Positions 39,751-51,738 of a DNA stretch of 64,000 nucleotides are shown piece by piece. The notes below the pieces were generated by a model. It saw nothing but the letters and a program-made list of their open reading frames with translations. It did not search any database and had not been told where the DNA came from. This DNA comes from Negaprion brevirostris (lineage: Eukaryota), in NCBI GenBank assembly GCA_030324005.1, contig JARDVH010000128.1:14261003-14325002 (forward strand), given 5' to 3'. The position numbers were made by a program, and so were the translations under genes. Positions within the stretch are counted from its first letter, which is position 1. Each line of letters opens with the position of its first letter.

Positions 39751-40104
39751 GGGAGGTGATGGCCTAGTGGTATAATCACTAAACCATTAATCCAGAAACT
39801 CAGCCAATGCCTGGGAACCCGGTTTCAAATCCCACCACAAATGATAGAATTTGAATTCCATTAAAATAAATCTGGAATTAAGAACCTATTGATGACCATG
39901 AAACCATTGTCAATTGTTGGAAAAACCCATCTGGTTCACAATGTCCTTTAGGGAAGGAAATCTGCTCTCCTTCTGTGGCCTGGTCTGCATTTGACTCCAA
40001 ACCCACAGCAATGTGGTTGACTTTCAACTGTCCTCAAACAACTAGGGATGGGAAATAAATGCTGACCAACAAGCGATGTTCATGTCCCATAAATGAATTT
40101 AAAA
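39751..40104 (+). mobile_element. tRNA-derived SINE (second family) with CR1-group LINE tail
   Basis: A box tggcctagtgg, B box ggtttcaaatccc, body gatgaccatgaaaccattgtc..cccatctggttcac, tail actagggatgggaaataaatgctg..catgtcccataaatgaat. Confidence 0.88.
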
Positions 40105-40330
40105 CAAAATCACATGAAATTACTGCAACTAATATGTAGGCAAATGAGGCAGCCATTTTATTGTCATCAGCACTTTAAAGGCAGGATTGGATGAGTGATC
40201 AGCTGATTTATTTTTCGTGGTGGTGATTGCGAATGGAGTGTTGAACTCTTCGAATAGTGGGATCTTTAAAATCTATCTGAACCACCCTAGGAGGCACACA
40301 ACCCTTGGTTTAGTGTCTTATCTGAAGGGT
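40105..40330 (-). mobile_element. Deu-SINE fragment, host of the LTR/SINE cluster
   Basis: atgtaggcaaatgaggcagcca ... gggatctttaaaatc ... ccttggtttagtgtcttatctgaagg; homologous to 54850-55290. Confidence 0.55.
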
Positions 40331-40334
40331 AAAT

Positions 40335-40401
40335 ACAGTAAGAAGTCTCGCAACACCACGTTACAGTCCAACAGGTTTACTTGGTAGCAAAAGCCACTAG
40401 C
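40335..40401 (-). mobile_element. Terminal fragment of a second Penelope-type family
   Basis: cagtaagaagtctcgcaacaccacgttacagtccaacaggtttacttggtagc matches 46970-47010. Confidence 0.6.
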
Positions 40402-41001
40402 GAGTCTTTACAGGTAATCAAATCTCGATTANNNNNNNNNNNNNNNNNNNNNNNNNNNNNNNNNNNNNNNNNNNNNNNNNNNNNNNNNNNNNNNNNNNNN
40501 NNNNNNNNNNNNNNNNNNNNNNNNNNNNNNNNNNNNNNNNNNNNNNNNNNNNNNNNNNNNNNNNNNNNNNNNNNNNNNNNNNNNNNNNNNNNNNNNNNNN
40601 NNNNNNNNNNNNNNNNNNNNNNNNNNNNNNNNNNNNNNNNNNNNNNNNNNNNNNNNNNNNNNNNNNNNNNNNNNNNNNNNNNNNNNNNNNNNNNNNNNNN
40701 NNNNNNNNNNNNNNNNNNNNNNNNNNNNNNNNNNNNNNNNNNNNNNNNNNNNNNNNNNNNNNNNNNNNNNNNNNNNNNNNNNNNNNNNNNNNNNNNNNNN
40801 NNNNNNNNNNNNNNNNNNNNNNNNNNNNNNNNNNNNNNNNNNNNNNNNNNNNNNNNNNNNNNNNNNNNNNNNNNNNNNNNNNNNNNNNNNNNNNNNNNNN
40901 NNNNNNNNNNNNNNNNNNNNNNNNNNNNNNNNNNNNNNNNNNNNNNNNNNNNNNNNNNNNNNNNNNNNNNNNNNNNNNNNNNNNNNNNNNNNNNNNNNNN
41001 N

Positions 41002-41455
41002 GCTTATGAGGAGAGACTGAGTAGACTGATGCTATACTCATTGGAATTCAGAAGAATGAGGGACGATCTCAAAGAAACATATAACATTATGAAGAGAATA
41101 GATAAGATAGAAGGAGGGAAGTTGTTTCTGCTGGCAGATGAAACTAGGACTAGGGGGCATGGCCTCAAAATAATGGGGAGCAGACAGAGGACTGAGCTGA
41201 GGAGGAACTTCTTCATCTAAAGGATTGTGAATCTGTGGAATTCCCTGCCCAGTGAAGCAGTTGAGACTACCTCATTAAATGTTTTTAAGGCAAAGGTAGA
41301 TAGATTTTTGAACAGTGAAGGAATTAAGAGTTATGGTGAGTGGACAGGTAAGTGGAGCTGAATCCGCAAAAAGATCAGCCCTGATCTTGTTGAATGGTGG
41401 AGCAGGCTCAAGAGGCCAAATGGCCTACTTCTGCTCCGAGTTCTTAAGTTCTTAA
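41002..41455 (+). mobile_element. Relatively young CR1 LINE 3' end
   Basis: YEERLSRLMLYSLEFRRMRDDLKETYNIMKRIDKIEGGKLFLLADETRTRGHGLKIMGSRQRTELRRNFF is the canonical CR1 ORF2 C-terminus; tail ggccaaatggcctacttctgctccgagttcttaagttctt. Confidence 0.95.
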
Positions 41456-42992
41456 AATAAACATGTATAAGAAAATATATTTCAGAAATGCCAAACTCTT
41501 GGCTAACATTTTAATAACAATGCAGTTGAATGCTGAAATACTTAATTTACAAATATGAATATTAATGAAATCTTTAACCATGTAGAAATGTGAAGTTACT
41601 TTAAGACTATATGCTGAATGTTATAAGAAAAAATGATTAATGTACCACTCTTTTCCCTTGGTGACTGAACTTTCTGATTTTAATTTCCTAATTGTATAGT
41701 GAACGGGACATATTGTTCTTATTTTATTCCCTGTTTCTGCTACTTGATGTTCTTCCAGCTTAAGGTCTTGGCAAAAAAATCCCTTAGAATTAATTTGGTA
41801 TGTTTTGCCAGACTTTATTCACAGACAAAGAGTCAATATAGGTATAATAGGTTGATGATCATTAATTTATAAAGCACGTTATGTAACTTTAATATACAGC
41901 CATTAAGCTTTAGTGTAATGTGCTTAATGATTATATTACATTAATGTACATCATCAATTTAACCAATGACTTAGGTTCGGCATGTATTCCTTCTGTCAAA
42001 CGATGAACTAAAAACTTTTTCACTTCATTGTTAAGCATGTGCTTAAAGACAAAAAACAATTATCAATGCTGATCAATGTGTTTCTACCTTTTACACGGAG
42101 CATTCAGTTAAAGTTAAATTTGCTGCGGTGCGAAATATCTTGCATAAGTACAGCACTTCATTATGTACTTCAGGCATCCCAAATTGCTTTAAAATTTATG
42201 AATTATGTTTGACCTGTACAGTGTTTATATGTAGCCCAACAGACAGCAAATTTCTGCAAATAACAAATCCACGAATGACCAGAAAATCTGTCTTGATGGA
42301 GGTGTTAGTTGGAAGAGGATACTTTGGGCTAGACGGTGAGAGAGCCCCTTTCTCCTCTTTTTACTGTAACCTTTACATCAGGTAAATTAAACTGTGGAAC
42401 AAAACAATTGCTAAATTTTCCTGAGCCGAGCATATTGGAGAAGGAACTCGCTATGCAAGAAAAGCCAGAAAATCATTTTCTGCATCATTTCATTTGAGTT
42501 CAAATTGGTTTCTATGATTCTGTTAAAATAACACACAAAAATAGCACACAAAAATGATGCTCAGATGAAAGTTTTTAATGTGTCCTTATTTTGCTTGTTT
42601 TATTTACTTCAAATTAGAAAAAAAAGTATGAATGAACACAAATTAAAAAAAAGATAATTTTTCCCTCAAGGTGAACGGTTTACTTTGAACATTCCATGTT
42701 ACATAGTACTACAGGAAACTTCTCAAGTCAGATGGGGGAGATTAGTTCCAACTATTTGATGTAGATAAATCTTATGCCAGAGGCTTCATAGCTGCAAGGT
42801 GCCATTGAAATATAAAGAGGTTGAGGGCAAATGTAGAGACCAACATTTCTTGCAGGACAATGGAGATTCTGGTAACTGGGCAACCACTGGTAAGTGGTAG
42901 AAATCTCAACGTAGGATTCATACATTTGTAACTCACCTTTTGGATAAAATGTTAAAGATTTGGGGAAAAAAAACACTACACACCATGTCTCT

Positions 42993-43420
42993 GTGCATGG
43001 CACAGTGGTTAACACCACTGCCTCACAGCGCCAGGGACCCAGGTTCAATTCCTGGCTTGGGTCACTGTCTGTGTGGAGTTTGTACATTCTCCTCGTGTCT
43101 GCATGGGTTTGCTCCGGATGCTCTGATTTCTTGCCACACTCCAAAAGATGTGCTGGTTAGGTACATTGGCCATGCTAAATNNNNNNNNNNNNNNNNNNNN
43201 NNNNNNNNNNNNNNNNNNNNNNNNNNNNNNNNNNNNNNNNNNNNNNNNNNNNNNNNNNNNNNNNNNNNNNNNNNNNNNNNTCCTCCCATAATCCAAAAGA
43301 TGTGCTGGTTAGGTACATTGGCCATGCTAAATTCTCCCTTAGTGTACCCAAACAGGCGCTGGAGTGTGGCGACTAGGGGATTTTCACAGTAACCTCATTG
43401 CAGTGTTAATATAAATTAAA
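42993..43420 (+). mobile_element. HE1-like V-SINE, tail type B (spans an N gap)
   Basis: Head, V-domain and tail agtgtacccaaacaggcgctggagtgtggcgactaggggattttcacagtaacctcattgcagtgttaat. Confidence 0.9.
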
Positions 43421-46400
43421 TTAAAAAAAGGCTGACAGCACCAAATTTCAGGAGACTTGAGGTGAATATAAATCAAAAGACCATGGGAAGTCGGATGACT
43501 GGAGGAATTTGCCCGTTCTGAGTAAAAAAAGCACCCCAAGAAACAATTTGAAGAGACTTTATAATTTGACAATAAGTTACAAAAAAGCAGAAAACCACAG
43601 AACCTACTTCTAAGATACAATATCGCAGAAGAGAGAACTTGACTTCATAGAATGCTTTATTGGATTCTTGGGATATCCCAAGTACTTCACAGCCACTGGA
43701 TTATTTTGTTACTGTGTAGGCAAACTGTAATGTTATTTCTGTGGTTAAGATGTTGTTCTTTGCACTGCACCATTGATTTGGATCAAGCACGATGTACATG
43801 TGTTGGAATGACACACGGGGGATAGTTTTCCCGCTGGTTGCACATTTTGGAAAGTTGCAGGGATCTTGTGGTTGATTTTTTTTTGTCCGTGGATGGGGAA
43901 TTGGGCAGAACGCCTGTTATTTCCCAATGTGTGCTGACAGAGTGGGTAAGCCTCCCTGCCAACAACTTGGAAAACTGGAATGCCTTTCCAAGCACAAAGA
44001 GATCAAAGGTTCAGATGACATCACAAGTTGATGAACAAAATCCAAGTAAGACTATTGATGCCAGCCTAAAACGTCTTGTAACCCATTTTATTTTAATCAT
44101 AACATTCTTGAAGCTACTCCCCCTTACACCGTGGCCCAACAGGCTTACCTACCTCCAATTCCACGTTCAAAGTACGAGTCCTATGTTGCGATTTCTGTCA
44201 CTTGTGAGGTGCCCACTGACTAGAATCTCCATTTTCCTGCCAGAAATCTTGGTCTTTACATTTACCCCAACTTCTTTGTATGAAGCCTTTGGCATAAGGT
44301 TTATCTACACCAAATACCTAGAACTAATTTCCCTCATCTGACCCCTCAGTTTTGTTCCACTCCCCAGCCTAGTGCCCATGATCTCTCACCTTTGACCACC
44401 ATCTGCTTGAACACTTGCGGCTGACCAGAATCTCTGACCACCTCCCTATCCACTCCATATACTGCCGGCTTTCCTGGCCGTTGCATTGACTGTTATGTGC
44501 AAATCCGGAAGAAACAATTTAAAGGACAATCTGCAGTAAACATTTATCTGGGTATACCTACATTTCTGGGTTTAAAGGCCACAATGGCTCCCAGCCTCGT
44601 GCATGCGCAAATATTGGGGCCTGTATTTCTGTTGTATTGTGCAACTGGCTAAATACTGAACTGCAGCAATTCTTTAAATGCACAACATGTGCATTTAATT
44701 AATCAATTTTCTTTACCCGATTCTTTTCCCCAGTGAGCTCCCCTACTTGTACAACTTCTTGGTATTTCTATCAGCATTGTGCCAGAAGGTGAACTAAGTC
44801 ACAAGTAAATACTACAGAAGATCTGTATACAGTTGCAATACACTTATCTGATGCAGTCTAATTCTAATTGCTAATCTATTTTGGCATCTTATTTCCCTCC
44901 TTGTAACAAATCGGAGTGAAAGGTCACAAAAAATTCTTTGCTGAATTTAAGATTATAGAACCTTCAATCCTAGGTTGGCCCTTTCTTGGATAAAGGTTTT
45001 ATTAACTAGGCTGTTGATCTTAAAGAACTTATGATATTTAACTCGGCGAAATTATATTTAAAGTAAGCCTTCCATATATGCTGAGATTTTAACCGTGTGT
45101 CACAACATTGAAAAATAGCAACAGATGTCGATGAATTAGTGTGACGGAATGAAGAAAGTGGGAAAACACAGCTGTTTCTGAGTCAAAGGGACTCTGGCCT
45201 CATGTAGTGTCGGTGGAGTCATCTGTGGCCAGTGGAGGACAAGAACATTCAGTTTTTACATGTTGCTTTTTGAATTCTGAAAAAAACAATATTTCAAAGA
45301 GCATTTTCAGAATGTACAAAATCTGCAACGTCACTTAAGAAAAATCCTTGCATTGCAGGTAATAAAATCCTGCACTCTACTTTTTCTCACTTGGAGTTGC
45401 TAGTTGTATTAATCTTACATCTTGCTGGGTGGATATAAATATAGAAGGGTCCTAATCAAAATAAAGCCCAGCAATCTGAGTAAAATTTATTAGTTCCTTT
45501 CCGTCCCAGATTCATATTTTTTCCTTTTTGTGCTCCTGGCCAATTCCAAGATTGAATTGTACAGTCTCTGCTAATATGACAGTGATTGGTTAGTGACACG
45601 GACATATAAAATTGGCAGGCAGGAAAAGACCAATTGGTTCACCGGCCTGCCCTCCATACCATGATGGTGGAAGCATCTGGAATAAATACTCTTTCCCCTT
45701 CCCCTCACCCCTTCACCAACTTCCCCTGCATCCAAATAACCACATGGGAGAGACCAAAAAAAATTGGTAAAAGCCAAGGCCCAACAAAGGGAATGTTATG
45801 CTGTAAAAGTTTCCTTTGATCACATCAGATTATTGAAACCACTCTAGGAGATCATATGGACCAAGTATAATCTATAAAGGCAATCACAGTACCTTCAGCA
45901 ATCTCCACTGCGGTTAGAAACTTGTCTAACTCCTTCTTAAAAGCGTGTTCTTAGAGTCAGTACCTTTCAGACCAACCAGAGGATCACTGCTCCCTGGGGA
46001 AAAGAGAATTCTAATTGTCAAAACAAGACGTTCTCATGTGGTTTGGGCTCAGTTTGCCTACTGATAGCTTTTAAATTCAATATCCTATCAAATATTGTAC
46101 AGTCATGAACACAAATGTTCAATCTAATACTCCGGCAAATTACATAATATCATAATTTTATTTGAATGTTACTTGCAATTTCTAAAGGAACTTTAGTTCC
46201 TGCATTGTTACATGTATATGCTGCAGAAAATTTAATTTTGTTTGCAATCTTTTCTCAAAATAATTATCTTTTTGAGACTCATGGGAGTATTGCTTCATGT
46301 AGTTCACCAAATGTATGACAAAATACAGTGGATGCTGTCCAGTGCCATCAGGGAGACAGATCCTTGTGAAGTAAAATCTCTTTGCAATATATTGCATATC

Positions 46401-46429
46401 CAATTAATGTAGTTTTCTTTCGCTGAAGG

Positions 46430-46770
46430 AACAGGAAATAATTAGGAAGCAAGTTAGTTAGCTGTGCAAAATGGTTTGCCAAGTTTGCTAATTAGGAGTC
46501 CTGTGATACCAGATGAATTGTGCTTATGGTTTTGTTGTTGGAAGCTTTTGAAATTTTCATTTGATCTCATCTCAAGAGCTATGAGTAGAAAAAGTTCCAA
46601 CTTTTTGTGCAAAAAAGAGTTTTCTGGCATCACCCCTGAATGGCCTAGCTCTAATTTTAAGGCTCTGTGTCCTTGTTCTGGACTCCCTGCCAAAGAAAAT
46701 AGTTTCTCTTTTTCTAGCCTATCAATTGTGTAAACTCCTCAATTAGATTACTCCTTAATCTTTTATACTC
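46430..46770 (-). mobile_element. CR1 3' fragment
   Basis: Minus strand AGSPEQGHRALKLELGHSGVMPENSFLHK resembles the CR1 C-terminus (GESRTRGHxLKIR..FF). Confidence 0.65.
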
Positions 46771-46845
46771 TTTTGTTCACCACCCTTTCCGTGGGGAAGT
46801 GGCTTGACAATAGCTTCCATGAATAGACTAAACCTTTACTAAGGT

Positions 46846-47100
46846 AAAGTCAAAATATTGCGGCTGCTGAAACTTAAAACAAAAACTGAAAATGCTGGAC
46901 AATCTCAGAAGGTCTGACAACATCTGTGGAAACCATGATGTGGAGATTCTGGTGTTGGATTGGGTGGGCACAGTAAGAAGATTGAAGTCCCAACAGGTTT
47001 ATTTGCTATTACGAGCTTTCAGAGTGCTATTCCTTCATCAGGTGAGTGAAGAGAGAGACAGAGCCAATGTTTCGAGTCAGGATGACCCTTTGTCAGAGCT
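46846..47100 (-). mobile_element. Penelope-type terminal repeat with a nested second-family terminus (46933-47048); both carry hammerhead-like motifs
   Basis: Outer: aaaatgctggacaatctcagaaggtctgacaacatctgtgga|gagagagacagagccaatgtttcgagtcaggatgaccctttgtcagagct. Inner: catgatgtggagat..cacagtaagaag..gagctttcagagtgctattccttcatcaggtgag. Confidence 0.75.
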
Positions 47101-47699
47101 TTACTCTTCGTCATATTCAATCATGCTTAATACTCCTGGACTGTAGTAAATTATGTATTGGATAATGTGTAGGAGGTTGCATCTCTTTCTCTCCAACCCT
47201 GCTAAATACTAAATGCATGATACAATTGGCAGCTAAACACAATAGGATGGGCCTTCCTATTTCCCGGTCAACTAAAGAGTCAAGGTTTATGGGGGCAGTC
47301 AACTCTGCCAATATCTTAGTCATAGGTGGGGCAGGTTCAGTGGGCCTATATGTGACCTCAGATCCACAACAAAGTGGTTGACTCTTAAATGCCCTCAGAG
47401 ATGAGCAATAAATGCTGGCCTAGCCAGAGATGCCCATATTCCATTACCAAACATAAAAACCTCTGAGGTGCCATGAACCATGACACTTTCAAAAGCTGGC
47501 CTGACTCCTTGAGAATTATGAAGGACCAGGATGTACCTATCTGGGTTAAGATTGCGAGGCGTGGGCCCAGAACTAGAACCAGCCCTCACCCTTAAAAAGC
47601 ATTCCTGAAAATCAAAAACCTTGGGAATGAGGTCAGGAATCCCAAAATCAGCACCAGGCTGCAATTCCCACCCTTTTGTGGAGTCCAAGGATCCAGTGC

Positions 47700-47925
47700 A
47701 AGATCCAATCCATTGAGAGGGGCTGAGGCAATGGCAGGATTTGTATGTAAGGAAGAGAATTTTAACATTGAGACAAGCTCAACAAAGAGCACGTGTATGG
47801 AACTTGGTGCAAGGTGGAATGCAGTGGAATTTTGGATGAGCTTACGTATCTGGAGGGTGGAAGATGGGACACTGGTCAGGAATGTATTGCAATAGTCAAA
47901 TCTTGAGTTACCAAAGCCATTGATC
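47700..47925 (-). mobile_element. L2-type LINE fragment
   Basis: Minus strand SRFDYCNTFLTSVPSSTLQIRKLIQNSTA matches the L2 motif SRLDYCNSLLxGLPxxxLxxLQxIQNxAA. Confidence 0.85.
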
Positions 47926-48497
47926 AATAATTAGCTGTTTCCAAAATTGCCTGTTAGTGTATACTAATTGAATATAAGTGTCCATGTATATGTAATCTAC
48001 ATATAACAATGGGAAGGGATCTTCAAGAAGGTGGGTAGTGTCCTGTTCCTGTTTTTCTTTGTTTTGGCATCTGTTTGGAGAGGCTATCTATGTAACACTG
48101 CTGTGAAGGAAGTTTTTAAATCTGTACAGTAACATGATTTTGTTTTGCATTTTATTACCATGGGCTATATTAAAATGTTTTATGTTAAAAGTTACTAGGC
48201 CATGTCCAATTTAAGTGTAACCTCCAACTGCAGGTTTATGTAGTGGCTGTGAATGAACACTTATTTCCAACAGCTGCTTATGTTTTATTTTTATAAAGAA
48301 TTATTTTGTCGAGCTAGGTCGTTGCCTTTTGTCCGTCATGTAGCTGGTCACGGTTCACTTCAATAATCGTGAGATTCAAACAGAACTCTAATTCCACACA
48401 AATTCAGGGATAAATACTAGTAGCCATAATATATATGAAATTGATGCTCTTTAGTCTATTTAATTCCTACATCTATTTGTCAGATGTGTTTATATTT

Positions 48498-48846
48498 GCG
48501 ATGGCCTAGTGGTATTATCAGTAGACTATTGATCCAGAAACTCTGTTGATGTTCTGGGGACCCGGTTTCAAATCTCGCCAAGGCAGATGGTGGAATTTGA
48601 ATTCAATTAAAATTTCATGGAATTAAGAATCTACTGATGACCATGAAACCAGTCAATTGTCGGAAAAGCCCATCTTGTTCACTAGTGTCCTTTAGGGAAG
48701 GTAATCTGCCATCCTTAACTAGTCTGGCTTACAGAGCCGCAGAAATGTGCTTAATTCTCAACTACCCTCTTAACAAGGGCAACTAGGGATAGGCAATAAA
48801 TGCTGGCCAGCCAGCGATGCCCATGTCCCACAAATGAATTTTTAAA
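48498..48846 (+). mobile_element. tRNA-derived SINE (second family)
   Basis: Colinear with 39751-40104; tail aagggcaactagggataggcaataaatgctggccagccagcgatgcccatgtcccacaaatgaat. Confidence 0.9.
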
Positions 48847-49869
48847 ATCATTTGCTTTGATAAGCAGGAAAAGACTGCCCACTGATGACTGGAGTATTAT
48901 AGCTGAGCACTTTTGAAACCCCCACCCTTTCCCGAGGACCAATTAAGGGTCAAATTATTGCTGAATGTTTTTCTGATGCCCAAAGGTGATTTGATGATCA
49001 CATGGACCAGGTTTTATTTGTAAACCAAAGGTGAGCTGAATGTTTGCCTTGGAACCAGGCAACAGGGGCCAGTGGGTCCCAAACCCGTCCCTACGCCTAG
49101 AAGTATTATGGAGGCACCCCCTTATTTGGTATGGAATCAGGTTCCCTGTCTAATTAAGGACAACAGGCAGACTTTTGAAGCTGGACAGTNNNNNNNNNNN
49201 NNNNNNNNNNNNNNNNNNNNNNNNNNNNNNNNNNNNNNNNNNNNNNNNNNNNNNNNNNNNNNNNNNNNNNNNNNNNNNNNNNNNNNNNNNNNNNNNNNNN
49301 NNNNNNNNNNNNNNNNNNNNNNNNNNNNNNNNNNNNNNNNNNNNNCACCCCCAAGAGATGGATAGCCTTAGCAGTCCCTGAACCCTCTTCCTATAAAACC
49401 GATGGGATCTGTGTGGGGAAACTGAAATGACATTTGGTGCTGCTATTACTGGGCCACAACTCTTTCATTCCTGAACCTGGTGGGGCCTGAAAACTCTGTT
49501 CAGTCCCTCTGTTGCTGCCAGTGCTAGAGCATGAAAGCAAATGGCTGTCCGTCTTCCTGTCTTCCAGGTAGGTGGCAGGTGAATGAGGTAACTGTCACTG
49601 ATGAAGTGCAGCCTGGTGATATACAATCAGGGAATCTGACAATGCTGTCCGAGAAATCTGCTGGAAAATTCATGTCAGAAACAAGGATTATCAAAGTGAC
49701 TGCACTGCTGGCTCCCAGCGGTTGTGCAGCTGACTGCCCCCCATTTCCCATCTGCATCTGTTAAATTTGAGACACAGAAGAGTATTAGCAGTCTGCAGGA
49801 TGTTGGGTTTTAGTTAGGTTGGGAAGTGTGTGGCGCCTTATTCTTAAATTTTTTTTGTATGCTGTAACA

Positions 49870-50217
49870 AATTGAAACGTGTAATATTCTTAAGGGGTTC
49901 AATAGTATATGTGTTGGGAGGATGTTTCCACTAGCTAGGAAGTCTATAACAAAAGGGACAGTCTCAGAAAATGAAATCTGCCATTTAAGACTGAACTGCA
50001 AGAGTGTGATCATCGGGATTCTCTATCCCAGATAGCTGTGGATGTTCTACTGTTGAGCACATTCAAGGCAAACCGCTAGATTTTGGATACTGGGGGGATT
50101 AGTAGGTACATGGATAGTACAGGAAAGTGGAATTCAGTGAGAAGATGAGCCATGATTGTGTTGAATGGTGGAACAGGCTCAAAGAACTGAATGACCTACT
50201 CGTGCCTATTTCTTATG
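49870..50217 (+). mobile_element. CR1 3' fragment
   Basis: gaaacgtgtaatattcttaagggg..aggatgtttccactag..gagccatgattgtgttgaatggtggaacaggctc..tttcttatg. Confidence 0.8.
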
Positions 50218-50355
50218 CAACTTACTTAACATTTAACTAATCAAAAACATGGTCTTACAAAAAATTTATTACAGTGATTCATTTTTCTCCTTGTTCACCT
50301 CTATACATCTTTTGGTCAGTAAATTGTGAAGGACCTTTATCTGAATGGTCTAGAC

Positions 50356-50482
50356 CAGGGTTTTCAAAACTTTTCCAGCCACTGAAACCCTCTTGATCTC
50401 CCAGGATTAGTGACAGAATCCCCAAGAAACATTTTTAATATATTGAAGAGTTAAACCACAAAACAATGTTTGGGAAACCCTG
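50356..50482. mobile_element. Small hAT/Charlie-like MITE
   Basis: TIRs cagggttttcaaaa / tttgggaaaccctg (12/14 complementary); left flank gtctagac fits the NTCTAGAN target, but the right TSD is not preserved. Confidence 0.45.
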
Positions 50483-51439
50483 AACTTCACCACTGTTTGA
50501 AGCCCAACTGCATCTTGATAATGGCGTCTCGGCATTTCGTGCAGATTTTGCAAATTTGTTGCAAAATTTGAACCAATGTCACAGATGATACGCTTGGGTT
50601 TGCAACATTTTAGTGGTTCTGGTTGCGTGCAACAAATAGATTACTGTGAAGTAGAACAACAGAAATTATCACCTTGTGTTCCAATTTAGTTGTCAACTGT
50701 TGGCATTTTTTTAGAAGTAGTTCTTACTATGTTATTGGCAATTCTTCTTTTCTCATGCAAAACAATTTTAATGCATTGAAATCCACAATTATTGCCATAT
50801 ACGTGTTATTGCCTACTTTACTAAATTATACTAACTGAACAGTTGAATGTTTCCTACAGTCATTCATTAAGTAAAATTACTTCCTGGCATAGCTATGTTG
50901 CCAACTTGACTGTACCATCTGATTGACTAATGGAAAGAAAACCTGGAAGAGATGGGCTTCCTTTTCCATGGCCTTGAGCTGTTTTTCAGAATTATCAGCA
51001 ATCAGATGTACTTGTACATGGGGTCTGGTTTGATGCACTTCATTCCTTTCTAAAACAATCCACATGATTTCTTGAACCATTTAATGTGACTGTTTGTTTA
51101 TGTATGGTTTTTAAGTAAGCCAGCAACTGAAGATGGCAGATTGTTGCTATCACAATCACATTCGATAAAGTTTGATTTGAACTAATTGGAATAGACTAGC
51201 CTGATCCTGTAAGAAATAGGCCATTTGGCCCCTCAAGCTTGCTCTGCTATTCAGTAAGATCGCAGATGATTTGATCTCGGTCTTAACTCCACTTTCCCAC
51301 TTGCCCTCTGTAACTTTTGACTCCCTTGTTGATCAAAAATCTGTTGACTCAGTCTTGAATATACACAATACCCAGCCCTCATTGTTGTCTACGGAAGAAC
51401 ATCCTCTGCAAGAATAGGATTTTTCTCATTTCAGTCTTA

Positions 51440-51738
51440 GGGGCGACATAGTGACATTATGCGTAGCACTGCTGCCTTACAGCACCAGGGCCCTGGGTTT
51501 GATTCCCGACTTGGGTCACTGTCTGAGCGGAGTTTGCATGTTTCTACCTGTGTCTATGTGGGTTTCTTCCGGGTGCTCCTGTTTTCTCCCAACTCCAAAG
51601 ATGTGCAGGTTGTATGGATGCTAAATTCTCCCTCAGTGTACCTGAACAGGTGTCAGAATGTGGAGACTAAGGGATTTTCACAGTAACTTCATTGCAGTGT
51701 TAATGTAAGCTTATTTGTGAGACTATTAAATAAACTTA
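51440..51738 (+). mobile_element. HE1-like V-SINE, tail type B
   Basis: Head, V-domain, and tail gggattttcacagtaacttcattgcagtgttaatgtaagc..taaataaactt. Confidence 0.9.

Noticed and set aside
39751-39840. tRNA-like A/B boxes here and in other SINE heads
   Set aside because: No intact cloverleaf; they continue into SINE bodies, so they are not tRNA genes.
40381-41220. 279-aa ORF and other long X-filled ORFs (37539, 37555, 40418, 51717, 51736)
   Set aside because: Length comes from N runs; the real residues are CR1 ORF2 remnants or non-coding.
43838-44341. 167-aa ORF, the longest without Ns
   Set aside because: No ATG start, no recognisable domain or splice signals, and it crosses unrelated repeat pieces.
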